DNA of 63,150 bases, counting the filler, from Octopus bimaculoides (Eukaryota), in NCBI RefSeq assembly GCF_001194135.2. It is 7 parts of 7 records of this genome, joined end to end, with 100 filler letters (N's around TTAATTAATTAA, not from the genome) between each part and the next. Parts side by side here need not be neighbours in the genome. Positions count along the whole stretch, not along the records: positions 1 to 12,118 come from NC_069006.1; 6 more parts are not named here. One strand, written 5' to 3'. Every line of letters starts with the position of its first letter. Positions within the stretch are counted from its first letter, which is position 1. Below are positions 1 to 11,015 of this stretch, one piece after another. The notes beneath the pieces were generated by a model. The model saw nothing but the letters and a program-made list of their open reading frames with translations, was not told the origin of the DNA and did not search any database. Both the position numbers and the translations under genes were made by a program.

Positions 1-352
1 ATATAGGTCCCAGCTCTGTCGTGTCTGTGGATATATTCCTTCTTAGCCAGGACTGGGCAGCCAGAGATAATATGATTTATTGTTTCTTGTCGATCTCCAC
101 ATATTCTACAGTTACTTGTTATATTTCTTTTCATTATGTGTTTTTGGTAATTTCTGGTGGGGAGGCTTTGGTCTTGTGCAGCAATTAAAAATCCTTCAGT
201 CTCTGCTTTGAGTCCTGAGCTTCTCAGCCATTGCTGGGATTTTTCTCTGTCTATTTCTTTCGCATTTAGTTTAGCCCAGTATTTACCATGTAGGGGCTTT
301 TCTTGCCATCGTTTTATCATGGTCCGTTGCTGTTCTAGTTTTAGTTTGTATC
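1..352 (-). mobile_element. R4/Dong-clade non-LTR retrotransposon, 5'-truncated fragment (post-RT region and CCHC knuckle), running off the window start
   Basis: Open minus frame missed by the ORF track: YKLKLEQQRTMIKRWQEKPLHGKYWAKLNAKEIDREKSQQWLRSSGLKAETEGFLIAAQDQSLPTRNYQKHIMKRNITSNCRICGDRQETINHIISGCPVLAKKEYIHRHD. KPLHG, ETEGFxxAAQDQ and CxxC-x-H-x-C are typical of R4-clade ORFs. The 5' junction abuts (TAA)n. Confidence 0.9.
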
Positions 353-354
353 AA

Positions 355-386
<32 letters not shown>

Positions 387-388
<2 letters not shown>

Positions 389-471
389 TTTTTTTTTTTA
401 TCACAGGTTTTATTGGAACTCCTGGAGTCTTTCATGCGTAGCGGGCTTGCTACCTGCAGCCCACGATACCA

Positions 472-472
<1 letters not shown>
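387..472 (-). mobile_element. Extremely 5'-truncated polyadenylated retroelement 3' end inside (TAA)n
   Basis: Minus strand reads ...GTAGCAAGCCCGCTAC (hairpin)...CCAATAAAACCTGTGAT(A)13, with (TAA)n on both sides. Confidence 0.6.
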
Positions 473-505
<33 letters not shown>

Positions 506-956
506 GAGTGAGAGAGCAGTACATGTCATCAAAGTGACACTGGGGTAAAATATATGAAGCCCAGTATACCTATCATGACTACCTATTTGATAAGGGTACA
601 CCAGGCACATGCATCACAACCATACGTGCGCGACATTGTGATCTCATATCAAGATAAACAGCGCATGACCTTGCAGGTGGAGCCTAGTTAGAATTTTCTT
701 CAGGTCGAGTAGCCTATCCCACTACTTCAGGTCCCTGAATAAGGGTTGTTTAAGGATGTTGAATAAAATACCCATGTTTCCAAAGGTGAATTATCTAAAC
801 CCCAAAGATTTCCTCTCAACACACGACCATGGTACTTTCCCACTACTTCTGCTCGTGGTCAGAGATGCACATATCGTCAGCCACTAAGGGATATGCTCAG
901 CTGGTTAAGGTCAAGCAACTAACAAACAAATCTGTGGTATTGAGCAGAATATTTGC
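506..956 (-). mobile_element. Non-coding (TAA)n-tailed interspersed repeat, 3' part (same family as 8719-9276)
   Basis: Colinear with 8719-9170 over about 450 bp; ends ...CTCTCACTC(AAT)n on the minus strand. Confidence 0.8.
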
Positions 957-1141
957 ACATGTCTGCGCATCATTAGCCGCAGCATGTCCAGTCCTCCACT
1001 GAGTGGCTGCTGATGGCAGATGGACCGTCTGACGAGCGAAACAAGTTCCTTCCACAGAAACCGGAAGAGCAAGCGCTCCAGCTTGATCAGCCACGAAGCA
1101 GGACGACGGTCAGGCGGTAGTAGATGACGAAAGCGATGCAG
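955..1141 (-). mobile_element. L1/Tx1-clade LINE ORF2 fragment (RT thumb), inverted 5' segment
   Basis: Minus frames give IAFVIYYRLTVV..PASWLIKLERLLFRFLWKELVSLVRRSICHQQPLSGGLDMLRLMMRRH; FxFLW..VRR..GGL is the L1/Tx1 RT-thumb pattern. Confidence 0.75.
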
Positions 1142-1709
1142 CTGAGGCTGCGACATCTCCAGGTGTGGTCGTCGTTTGTTAGACAGGATTTTCCGCGGTT
1201 CCTCTCATTGACGGAACTACACTCCTGGATTAAGCTTAAACCGAGAAAGGGCGCTTGGCACTTGGAGTGTTGGTAAGAGCTCGCAGCCCACTGCCAGTCA
1301 GGCAATGCGTTCGGTGGAAGTTCCACATTGGAGTTCTATGGGGATTATTGGCGGGCAAGAGCAACGACGTTCTCGAGGAAACTCTGGGTGTCGGGAGGGA
1401 TCAGTTAGCTGGTCAATTCCGGAGGACTTTTGGGCTGTCGATGCGTGGAGGACGGATCCGGTTATCCGCCGAGGCCATCGTCAGGATCGCCTCGTTGCCT
1501 TCTTTTGGTCACGAAGAGAAGGCAGTTTTCCTCTGACTGGTGGCCACGGCGAAAGAGGTAGTGTCGTGGGCGAGGTTGGAAGGACTTGAAGCTAGATACT
1601 TTCCTCTTCGGCCAAGCTCTCAGCGACTTTTCCAAGTTCCACTTGAAAAGGAAAGTGAGAGTGGAGAGGGAAGTGCTTCCCCTCACTACTTTTTTTAAAA
1701 GGTAGGTGA
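1141..1709 (+). mobile_element. L1/Tx1-clade LINE ORF2 C-terminal fragment, degenerate, non-inverted segment
   Basis: Plus frames (with shifts and stops) give LRLRHL..QVWSSFVRQDFPRFLSLTELHSWIKLKP, DVLEETLGVGRDQLAGQFRRTFG, RIRLSAEAIVRI..KAVFL*LVATAKEVV and KFHLKRKVRVEREVL; GC-rich; ends at an N gap. Confidence 0.75.
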
Positions 1710-2049
1710 NNNNNNNNNNNNNNNNNNNNNNNNNNNNNNNNNNNNNNNNNNNNNNNNNNNNNNNNNNNNNNNNNNNNNNNNNNNNNNNNNNNNNNNNNNN
1801 NNNNNNNNNNNNNNNNNNNNNNNNNNNNNNNNNNNNNNNNNNNNNNNNNNNNNNNNNNNNNNNNNNNNNNNNNNNNNNNNNNNNNNNNNNNNNNNNNNNN
1901 NNNNNNNNNNNNNNNNNNNNNNNNNNNNNNNNNNNNNNNNNNNNNNNNNNNNNNNNNNNNNNNNNNNNNNNNNNNNNNNNNNNNNNNNNNNNNNNNNNNN
2001 NNNNNNNNNNNNNNNNNNNNNNNNNNNNNNNNNNNNNNNNNNNNNNNNA

Positions 2050-2110
2050 ACGACTTACCCATCTCCCGAAATTACTGGCCTTTTGTCAAAATTTGAAACC
2101 ATTATTATTA
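2050..2110 (+). mobile_element. SINE family B 3' fragment (tail type 2)
   Basis: CGACT..CC..AAATT..GGCCTT..AAAATTTGAAACC(ATT)n; matches 4865-4925 and 44733-44800. Confidence 0.65.
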
Positions 2111-2289
2111 CACATACAACACTCGAGCCTTTGTTTCATCGTCCATCCGTTCTTTTACTCATCAATCATTAACTCTTTATGATTTGGGCTTAAGAATTGT
2201 TTAAGAATTTCCGTCTTCCATCATCTCTTCTTCTCTTTCCACCACTGTCAAATCATCATCATCATCGTCGTCATCGTCGTCGCAATCAT

Positions 2290-2376
2290 CACCATTGACC
2301 TCATCAATGACCTCACCATTGACCTCATCATTGACCTCACCATTGACCTCATCATTGACCTCACCATTGACCTCAT
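2290..2376. repeat. 12-bp minisatellite CATTGACCTCA(C/T), about 7 units
   Basis: Direct reading; the last base alternates C/T. Confidence 0.9.
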
Positions 2377-2484
2377 TATATCGCCCAAGTCAGTTTGTTT
2401 GAATAAAACAATTTTGGCTCGTTTAGAGAATGTTTTTTTTTTTACAGCTAAAACAATAAATACTAAGACCTATTTGTACTTAAA

Positions 2485-2701
2485 TATCCTTTCTATTAAA
2501 GGCACAAGGCCCGAAATTTGTGGAGAGGGGACTAGTCGATTACATCGACCCCAGTGTTTCACTGGTACTTAATTTATCGACCCTGAAAGGATGAAAGGCA
2601 AAGTCAACCTCGGCGGAATTTGAACTCAGAACGTGAAGACGGACGAAATGCTGCTAAGCATTTCGTCCGGCGTGCTAACGATTCCGCCAGCTTTCCGCCT
2701 T
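2485..2701 (-). mobile_element. tRNA-derived SINE family B (Meta-domain-like body), full length
   Basis: Minus strand: AAGGCGG..GCTGGCGGAATCGTTAGC (A box), GAGTTCAAATTCC (B box), GCCTTTCATCCTTTCAGGGTCGATAAATTAAGTACCAG body, GTGCCTTTAATAGAAAGGAT tail. Confidence 0.9.
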
Positions 2702-2754
2702 AATTTGTAATTAAACATAAAACAATTAATGGATACAGTTAACACATTTCGGTG

Positions 2755-2795
<41 letters not shown>

Positions 2796-2993
2796 AACGC
2801 ACACACAGGCAGGCAGGCAGGAGGCATGCACGCACGCGCGCACATAGATTGTGATTTCGATTAGCCATAACGATATTAATAAGCAGTTGTTCGAACATAT
2901 CTATCTATCTGTCTGTCTGTCTATTTATTTATAGTGACACACATCTATGTCTGTATATGTGCGTGTGTGTGTATTTGTGTGTACATATACATA

Positions 2994-3450
2994 TACTCTT
3001 TTGCTCTTTTACTTGTTTCCGTCATTTGACTGCGGCCATACTGGCGCACTGCCTTTAGTCGAGCAAATCGACCCCAGGACTTATTCTTTGTAAGCCTAGT
3101 ACTTATTCTATCGGTCTATTTTGCCGAACCGCTATGTTACGGGGACATAAGCACACCAGCATCGATTGTCAAGCGATGTTGGAGGGACAAACAGACACAC
3201 GAACATATATACAAACACATACACATATGTATACATATACGACGAGCTTCTTTCAGTTTCCGTCTACCAAATCCACTCACAAGGCTTTGGTCGGCCCGAG
3301 GCTATAGTAGAAGACACTTGCCCAAGGCGCCATGCAGTGGNNNNNNNNNNATAGTAGAAGACACTTGCCCAAGGCGCCATGCAGTGGGACTGAACCCGGA
3401 ACCATGTGGTTGGTAAGCAAGCTACTTACCACACAGCCACTCCTGCGCCT
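2994..3450 (-). mobile_element. tRNA-derived SINE family A, full length
   Basis: Head GGCGCAGGAGTGGCTGTGTGGTAAG..GGTTCAGTCCC, internal (TA/TG)n, tail GACGGAAACAAGTAAAAAGAG. Confidence 0.9.
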
Positions 3451-3861
3451 ATATGTATAATGTGTGTGTTTATTCACACACACACACACACACACATATA
3501 TTATACACAAACACATAGATATATGGACATATATATATGAGAGAGAAAGAGAGAGAAAGGATCGTTATGATTAAATTTAAATATTTTCACAATGTTTTTA
3601 AGTATTTTATTTTCTCCTTGTCATCGCTCATTATTCACTGAATTGGCGGTGGTGGTAGTCATCGATTCATCTGCCTTTATTCTTTATTCATTGACGGCCA
3701 TGTTTCTCATTGAGTGATCTTTTATTATTCTTTAATCATTGGCTGCCCTTGCTGTTGGTTTTACCATTGGTTGTTTGTGTTTCGCTGATTATTTCTCCTC
3801 CGCCCATTGGCTGTTTCCTCTAAATTTGAGTCGACTGGGCGTTTACAATCTTTCACTGATG

Positions 3862-3892
<31 letters not shown>

Positions 3893-4018
3893 CTTCTTCT
3901 TCTTCTTCTTCTTCTTCTTCTTCTCCTCCTCCCTCTTCTTCTTCTTCTTCTTCTTCTTCTTCTTCGTCTTCTTCTCCTCCTCCTCCTCCTCCCTCTTCTT
4001 CTTCTTCTTCTTCTTCTT
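3862..4018. repeat. (TTC)n/(TCC)n polypyrimidine tract running into a gap
   Basis: Direct reading. Confidence 0.95.
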
Positions 4019-4864
4019 NNNNNNNNNNNNNNNNNNNNNNNNNNNNNNNNNNNNNNNNNNNNNNNNNNNNNNNNNNNNNNNNNNNNNNNNNNNNNNNNNN
4101 NNNNNNNNNNNNNNNNNNNNNNNNNNNNNNNNNNNNNNNNNNNNNNNNNNNNNNNNNNNNNNNNNNNNNNNNNNNNNNNNNNNNNNNNNNNNNNNNNNNN
4201 NNNNNNNNNNNNNNNNNNNNNNNNNNNNNNNNNNNNNNNNNNNNNNNNNNNNNNNNNNNNNNNNNNNNNNNNNNNNNNNNNNNNNNNNNNNNNNNNNNNN
4301 NNNNNNNNNNNNNNNNNNNNNNNNNNNNNNNNNNNNNNNNNNNNNNNNNNNNNNNNNNNNNNNNNNNNNNNNNNNNNNNNNNNNNNNNNNNNNNNNNNNN
4401 NNNNNNNNNNNNNNNNNNNNNNNNNNNNNNNNNNNNNNNNNNNNNNNNNNNNNNNNNNNNNNNNNNNNNNNNNNNNNNNNNNNNNNNNNNNNNNNNNNNN
4501 NNNNNNNNNNNNNNNNNNNNNNNNNNNNNNNNNNNNNNNNNNNNNNNNNNNNNNNNNNNNNNNNNNNNNNNNNNNNNNNNNNNNNNNNNNNNNNNNNNNN
4601 NNNNNNNNNNNNNNNNNNNNNNNNNNNNNNNNNNNNNNNNNNNNNNNNNNNNNNNNNNNNNNNNNNNNNNNNNNNNNNNNNNNNNNNNNNNNNNNNNNNN
4701 NNNNNNNNNNNNNNNNNNNNNNNNNNNNNNNNNNNNNNNNNNNNNNNNNNNNNNNNNNNNNNNNNNNNNNNNNNNNNNNNNNNNNNNNNNNNNNNNNNNN
4801 NNNNNNNNNNNNNNNNNNNNNNNNNNNNNNNNNNNNNNNNNNNNNNNNNNNNNNNNNNNNNNNN

Positions 4865-4925
4865 ATCGACTCATCCCCTCCCCCAAAATTGATGCCCTTG
4901 TAGCAAAATTTGAAACCGTTATAAT
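4865..4925 (+). mobile_element. SINE family B 3' fragment (tail type 2)
   Basis: ATCGACTCATCCCCTCCCCCAAAATTGATGCCCTTGTAGCAAAATTTGAAACCGTTAT. Confidence 0.7.
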
Positions 4926-5124
4926 TATTAGTATTATGATGATGATGATGATGATGATGATGATAAAAGACCCCCCCCCCATATCTGCAGAATTTATATA
5001 TTATCCTCGGGGTGCCACCCAGGCGACTGGAGTAGATAACGGATATGATGTTCTTAATACATTTGGTAATTCCATGATGTCGCGACACGCTGGGACCGAA
5101 TTAAAAAAATGTGCATATGAGTGT

Positions 5125-5298
5125 ATAGGCGCGAAGTTTGCTTCCCAACCACATGGTCTAGGGTTCAGTTCCACTGCGTGGCACCTTGGGCAAGTCTCTT
5201 CTACTATAGCATCGGGCCGACCAAAGCTTTGTGAGTGGATTTGGTAGACGGAAACTGAAAGTAGCCCGTCGTATATATGTATATATATATATATTATA

Positions 5299-5339
<41 letters not shown>

Positions 5340-5536
5340 GTGTCCACGCACGCTTGACAACCGATGCTGGTGTGTTTATGTTCCCGTTACCTAGCGGTTC
5401 GGTAAAAGAAACCGATAGTATAAGTACTAGACTTAAAAATAAAGTACTGGGGTCGTTTCGATCGACTGAAAATTTTTCAAGGCGGTGCCCCAGCATGACC
5501 GCAGTCTAGTGACTAAAGCAAATAAAGGGTAAAAGA
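5125..5536 (+). mobile_element. SINE family A with A-box deletion
   Basis: CTTCCCAACCACATGG..GGTTCAGTTCC head, GGATTTGGTAGACGGAAACTGAAAG, (TG)n, CAGCATGACCGCAGTC tail. Confidence 0.9.
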
Positions 5537-7154
5537 TCGATGGAATCCACAGTGACAGTTCTTCAGGTAAAATAACCCATTTGGGTTATTTTTGCGTTTT
5601 CTTCTAAACGTGGCTTTCCTGATATCTTGTCTATGGGTGGCTCTGTTCCTTCCTGTGTTACGCCGAATGTAACAGGTATCGTTGTGGCCACAGCCGTGTG
5701 AGTTTTATTCTGTGGTGTGGTTTCAGAGTTTGTCATTTTAATGGGAGGTGTTTAGTTGGTTGGCATTGACTGTTGTTGTTGCTACTTCTGATGTTGCCGT
5801 CGTTACTGCTGTTGCTTCTGCTGTTGATGTTGTTGCTAGGGGGCGAAAAATAAATGTAAAATGTAATTTTCAAAAAGAACAATGAAAGATAAAAGTAATA
5901 AGATATTGGGACCAATGTGGGTCTTTTGTGCCACCTTCCCCCTACCCTCTTTTCATCCCACCCTCTTCCCTCCTTTCCCCCCACTTCTCTTGCTTTTCTT
6001 TTTCTCTTCAAGGGCTTCAATAAGAATTGGCTGGAAGAGTTCAGGACCCTTATTAGTGAGAACTGTCCTGCCGCCACTGCCAGTCGCTGAATCTGTAAAG
6101 GAAGTCACAGTTTCACTCATCTGACACATGTTTAGCGGATGCAGAAGAAAAAAAAAATAAGGAAAAGAATGTGAGGGAAGAAGAGAAGAAAAGACGAAGA
6201 AAATGATTTGTTCTCCTCTGTTGAATGTTGTTTACGGGTCAATTAATTAAGAAGATCAGTTAATAGTGTTTGAGGGGGAAGAATTAGTAGAGTGGAGAGG
6301 TTTGTTTAAGCACCGTTGAGCAAGATGTGGAGGCGAAAAGTGAACTGGTTACTCATGTTTCAGGTGACTTATTGCTGTGACACCCACTTGGTTAGTGTGA
6401 CTCTGACGTTGAAATTAGTGCTGTTTTTATATTTGTGTTGTTGTATAGTCCTGGGTGGGCCCTGACTGAGGGGTTCTGTGACCCTCAGCCTTTCGAACAA
6501 TCACCAGCTATCAATACAACAGTCCTCACAGTTATATAATGTCACTTGTCACGCACAAATGAATGGTGCAGTGTGACAGACTGGTCATATTGTATGCTCT
6601 CTTCTCTGTCCAGATTATATAACTTTACTCTTCTAGCTTGTAGTGGTGACCACTGTAGAGATGGACAACTCAGAGCCAAGCAACCACTGGGCCTCTAACT
6701 TTACTGTTGGTAGTGTATATCTCAGCACAGAGTTAGGGTCAAGTGAGGTTATTGATGATGCAGTTATTTCTCTGTGTTTGTGTTTGTTATGTTTGTCTGG
6801 GCCCAGGAGAAGAAACATCAGAAGCTGCTGTTTCGTCCCTTTATAGACGTGTTAAAAAGACACAACTTCAGAGCTAGGCGAAAGGAGATCACCCCAGAAG
6901 TATTTCGCCGTAGTTGCGGCTTATCAATGTCATCTACTCGTGTCACTTTCGAAACAAAATTGAATCAGTCTACGCTGGTTTGCTATGGCACCGTATAAGC
7001 AGAATAAATTTGAATTAAAAGCAGCTCTATAGTAAAGACTCTATCAATATAACACAGTTAATATAGTTAATATATAACATAGTTAATATGACATAGTTAT
7101 ATTAATATAACATAGTTATATGACATATAATAGTTAATATAACATAGTTAATAT

Positions 7155-7550
7155 ATAGGTGCAGGCGTGATTGTGTGGTAAGAAGCTTGTTGCCAACCAC
7201 ATGATTCCTGGTTCGGTCCCACTGCGCATCACCTTGGCTAAGTGTCTTCAACTATAGGCTCGGGCCCACTAAAACGCTATGAGTGGATTTGGTAGACGGA
7301 AACCGATGGGAACCCGTCGCATATCTATGTGTGTGTGTCTTTGTGTCTGTTTGTCCTCTATTACCGCTTGACGACCGGTGTTGGTGTATTTACGTCCCTT
7401 TAACTTAGTGGTTCGGCAGAAGACACCGGTAGAATAAATATTAGGCTTTAAAAACAATCAGTACTGGGGTCGATTCATTCGACTAAAATTTTTTCACGGA
7501 GGTGCCCCAGCATGGCCGCAGTCTAATGCCTGGAGCAATTAAAAGGTAAA
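7155..7550 (+). mobile_element. SINE family A
   Basis: Same head, body and tail motifs as 2994-3450. Confidence 0.9.
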
Positions 7551-8070
7551 AAATATATGTGTGTAGTTGAAACTACGTCTATAAGGGATTTTCCTGGACA
7601 AAAGCTTCAGCCCCTGGTATTTAAACAATACAATCGACTGGCTCCTACAATACAATCGACTGGTCCCTACTTGCCCCAAAAGTTTGTTGTAGTGATTTAC
7701 TATAGAGTTGCTTCTGTTGCATAATTAGAATTAATTTGTTTAGATGTATTTTTTAATTACTTTCAGTCTGAGAGTGAACACCACTATGTCCTCTGTAGGT
7801 CAGACTCAAATATGCTTTCTCAGATTTGGGTTTTAGGTGGTCTTTAAGGTTCTCTATTACAAAATAGAAGAGTTTATAATTATCAAAACAAAGGTTTGTA
7901 ATTATCAGAACATTTATAATTTATCACAGCCAATAAAGAATAAAGGCACGCTACAACGGTTTCATGTATCTTAATATTTTCATATGAAACAAAACTTAAT
8001 TGTTACATTTAACAAGATGTCTGAAAAAAGATCTTAACTGTTAACAAAAATATGATGATTAATAAACAAG

Positions 8071-8407
<337 letters not shown>

Positions 8408-8450
8408 AATAATAATAATGATATTAATAATAATAATAATTATTATTATT

Positions 8451-8664
8451 AAGGCAGCAAGCAGGCAGGCTCGTTAGTATGCCAGGAAAAATGCTTAGCG
8501 GCATTTCGCCTGTCTTTACGTTCTGAGTTCAAATTCCGCCGAGGTCGGTTTTGCCTTTCATCCTTTCGGGGTCAATAAATTAAGTAATAGTAAAACATTG
8601 TGGTCGATGTAATCGACTAGTCCCCTCTCTCAAAATTTCAGGCCTTGTGCCTTTAGTAGAAAGG

Positions 8665-8666
<2 letters not shown>
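8451..8666 (+). mobile_element. SINE family B (tandem to the previous copy)
   Basis: Same motifs; tail GTAGAAAGG(ATT)n. Confidence 0.9.
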
Positions 8667-8718
<52 letters not shown>

Positions 8719-9276
8719 GAGTGAGGGAGGAGTGCATGCCATCAAAGTGACACTGGGGTACAAATATACGAAGTCCATTCTACCCATCATGATTACCCGT
8801 CTGCTAAGGGTACACCAGGTACATGTATCACAACAATATGTGCACGACATGGTGATCACATATCAAGATAAACAGCGCATGACCTTGCAGGTGGGGGTCC
8901 AGTTAGAATTTTCTTCAGGTCGAGTAGCCCATCCCACTACTTCAGGTCCCTGAATAAGGGATGTTTAAGGATGTTAAACGAAACACCCATGTTTTAAGGG
9001 GTGAATTATTGAAACCGAGAAGATTTCCTCTCAACACATGGCTATGCTGCTTTCCCACTACTTCTGCTCGTGATCAGAGATGCACATATCGCCAGCCACT
9101 AAGAGACATACTCAACTGGTTAAGGTCAAGCAACTGACAAGCAAATCTGTGGCATTAAGCAGAATATTAGCGGTAGCCAATCTTTTATACTAAGACAAAA
9201 CATGTACATCATAACACCTTCAATCATTTAAGATGAGAAGCCACGAGAGCCAATGGCTGGTACAGCATCAGGGCAT
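8719..9276 (-). mobile_element. Apparently complete 560-bp non-coding element flanked by (TAA)n on both sides
   Basis: Minus strand starts (AAT)n-GCCCTGATGCTGTACC and ends CCCTCACTC-(AAT)n; homologous pieces at 506-956 and 21235-21350. Confidence 0.8.
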
Positions 9277-9312
9277 TTATTATTATTATTATTATCATTA
9301 TTTTTATATTAT

Positions 9313-9678
9313 TCAGTAGTTTTATTTTTATAACGTGCTTTCACTTCACTACCGAGCGCAGCTCTGTGCGCCTTGGGTATGTGCTGTGGTTTGCTGTGAT
9401 GCTCTTATGGTTACTTTATTGAAAGTGTTTTGCGTAGGATGTGTGCAGTGCCCAGTAGTGCAATTTTCTGTATGTTATATATATTTGTAAGTCCTGGTGT
9501 TTTTGTTATGTATTTGCATGAATATTTTTTTTATTATACCTAAGGCACCTACTATGATAGGAATTGTTTCTGTTTTTAGATTCCACATTCGAGTTATCTC
9601 TATTTCCAGGTCTTTGTATTTTGAAAGTTTTTCCATTTCTTTTAGGGAAACGTTGTCATCTGCTGGTATTGATACATC
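9313..9678 (-). mobile_element. R4/Dong-clade 3' end (restriction-like endonuclease C-terminus, 3'UTR, (TAA)n)
   Basis: DVSIPADDNVSLKEMEKLSKYKDLEIEITRMWNLKTETIPIIVGALG; 3'UTR GAGCTGCGCTCGGTAGTGAAGTGAAAGCACG..CTACTG(AAT)n. Confidence 0.92.
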
Positions 9679-10084
9679 NNNNNNNNNNNNNNNNNNNNNN
9701 NNNNNNNNNNNNNNNNNNNNNNNNNNNNNNNNNNNNNNNNNNNNNNNNNNNNNNNNNNNNNNNNNNNNNNNNNNNNNNNNNNNNNNNNNNNNNNNNNNNN
9801 NNNNNNNNNNNNNNNNNNNNNNNNNNNNNNNNNNNNNNNNNNNNNNNNNNNNNNNNNNNNNNNNNNNNNNNNNNNNNNNNNNNNNNNNNNNNNNNNNNNN
9901 NNNNNNNNNNNNNNNNNNNNNNNNNNNNNNNNATATATATATATATATATATATGTAAATATACACATATATATATATATGTAAATATACAGATATATAT
10001 GTATATATATATGTGTGTATGACATACATACACATATATATCTATATATATATACATATATATGTGTATGACATACATACACAT

Positions 10085-10131
<47 letters not shown>

Positions 10132-10662
10132 TGTCTGTGTGTAACTATATATATGTACTTATTAATTTGTGAATGTGTATATATATGTGAGTGGGTGTAC
10201 ATCTTGCTCTAAATGTTCCTCTTATCTATTCTTAGTCTTCTGTTGAATTCTTTTGCCTCTAGGTTACAGTTTAAACCCCAACCCACCAACTATTACTTAT
10301 ACGCATTATATACATTATACACGCTCTGTCTATTTTCTTTGACATATATTAATGCATCTATGAATATATACACACGTGTGTGTGTGTTGTGCGTTAAATA
10401 TTTTATCCAAGCGCTAGAGCGACAAATGGAACCGACATTTTACCTTTTGTCCTCCTCCGAATTGTTCCTAAACGCGGTTTGATTTGAGGAAGTGCAGTGA
10501 AGGTCTCTGTGGACGTTTATGTTATTTTCATTAATAGAAATAGATTGACAGGAAAATAGCTGACATCGCTCGCTCCACTGGGGGCTTCGTCATCAGCCAT
10601 ACATGTTTGTGTGTGTGTATGTGTGTGAGTGTATGTGTGTGAGTGTATGTGTGTCTGTGTGT

Positions 10663-10721
<59 letters not shown>

Positions 10722-10930
10722 GGGATTCATTAGAATCTAGGCACATTAACTCGTAGGACAGCAGAAATGGCTAAGGTACAAGGGCATAGGGCTCACAGTG
10801 AGGTAAAATAACCATGAGGGTATCGTGTTGGTAGAATACTGTAGATATATAAATATGTAAGTACCAAATCGAATTTAAACTGTAGACCGAACTCAGAGCT
10901 AGTTTTAGGTGTGACGTAGGTATGAAAAAG

Positions 10931-11015
10931 TAGACAAATGGAGTTTAAAATTTACGACATCTGTTTCGGTAGAACTTTATTGATGTATTCATAGATTTCA
11001 TCATAACATATAATC
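10931..11015 (+). repeat. Unclassified interspersed repeat (second copy at 46538-46620)
   Basis: GGAGTT(T)AAAATTTACGACA(T/A)CTGTTTCGGTAGAA(C/T)TTTATTGATGTATT shared by both loci. Confidence 0.7.

Noticed and set aside
3304-3387. 37-bp direct repeat inside a SINE
   Set aside because: Identical sequence on both sides of a 10-N gap indicates an unmerged contig overlap.
6445-6510. HDV-like ribozyme near the CTGAGGG hairpin
   Set aside because: Could not assign P1, P3/L3 or P1.1 on either strand.
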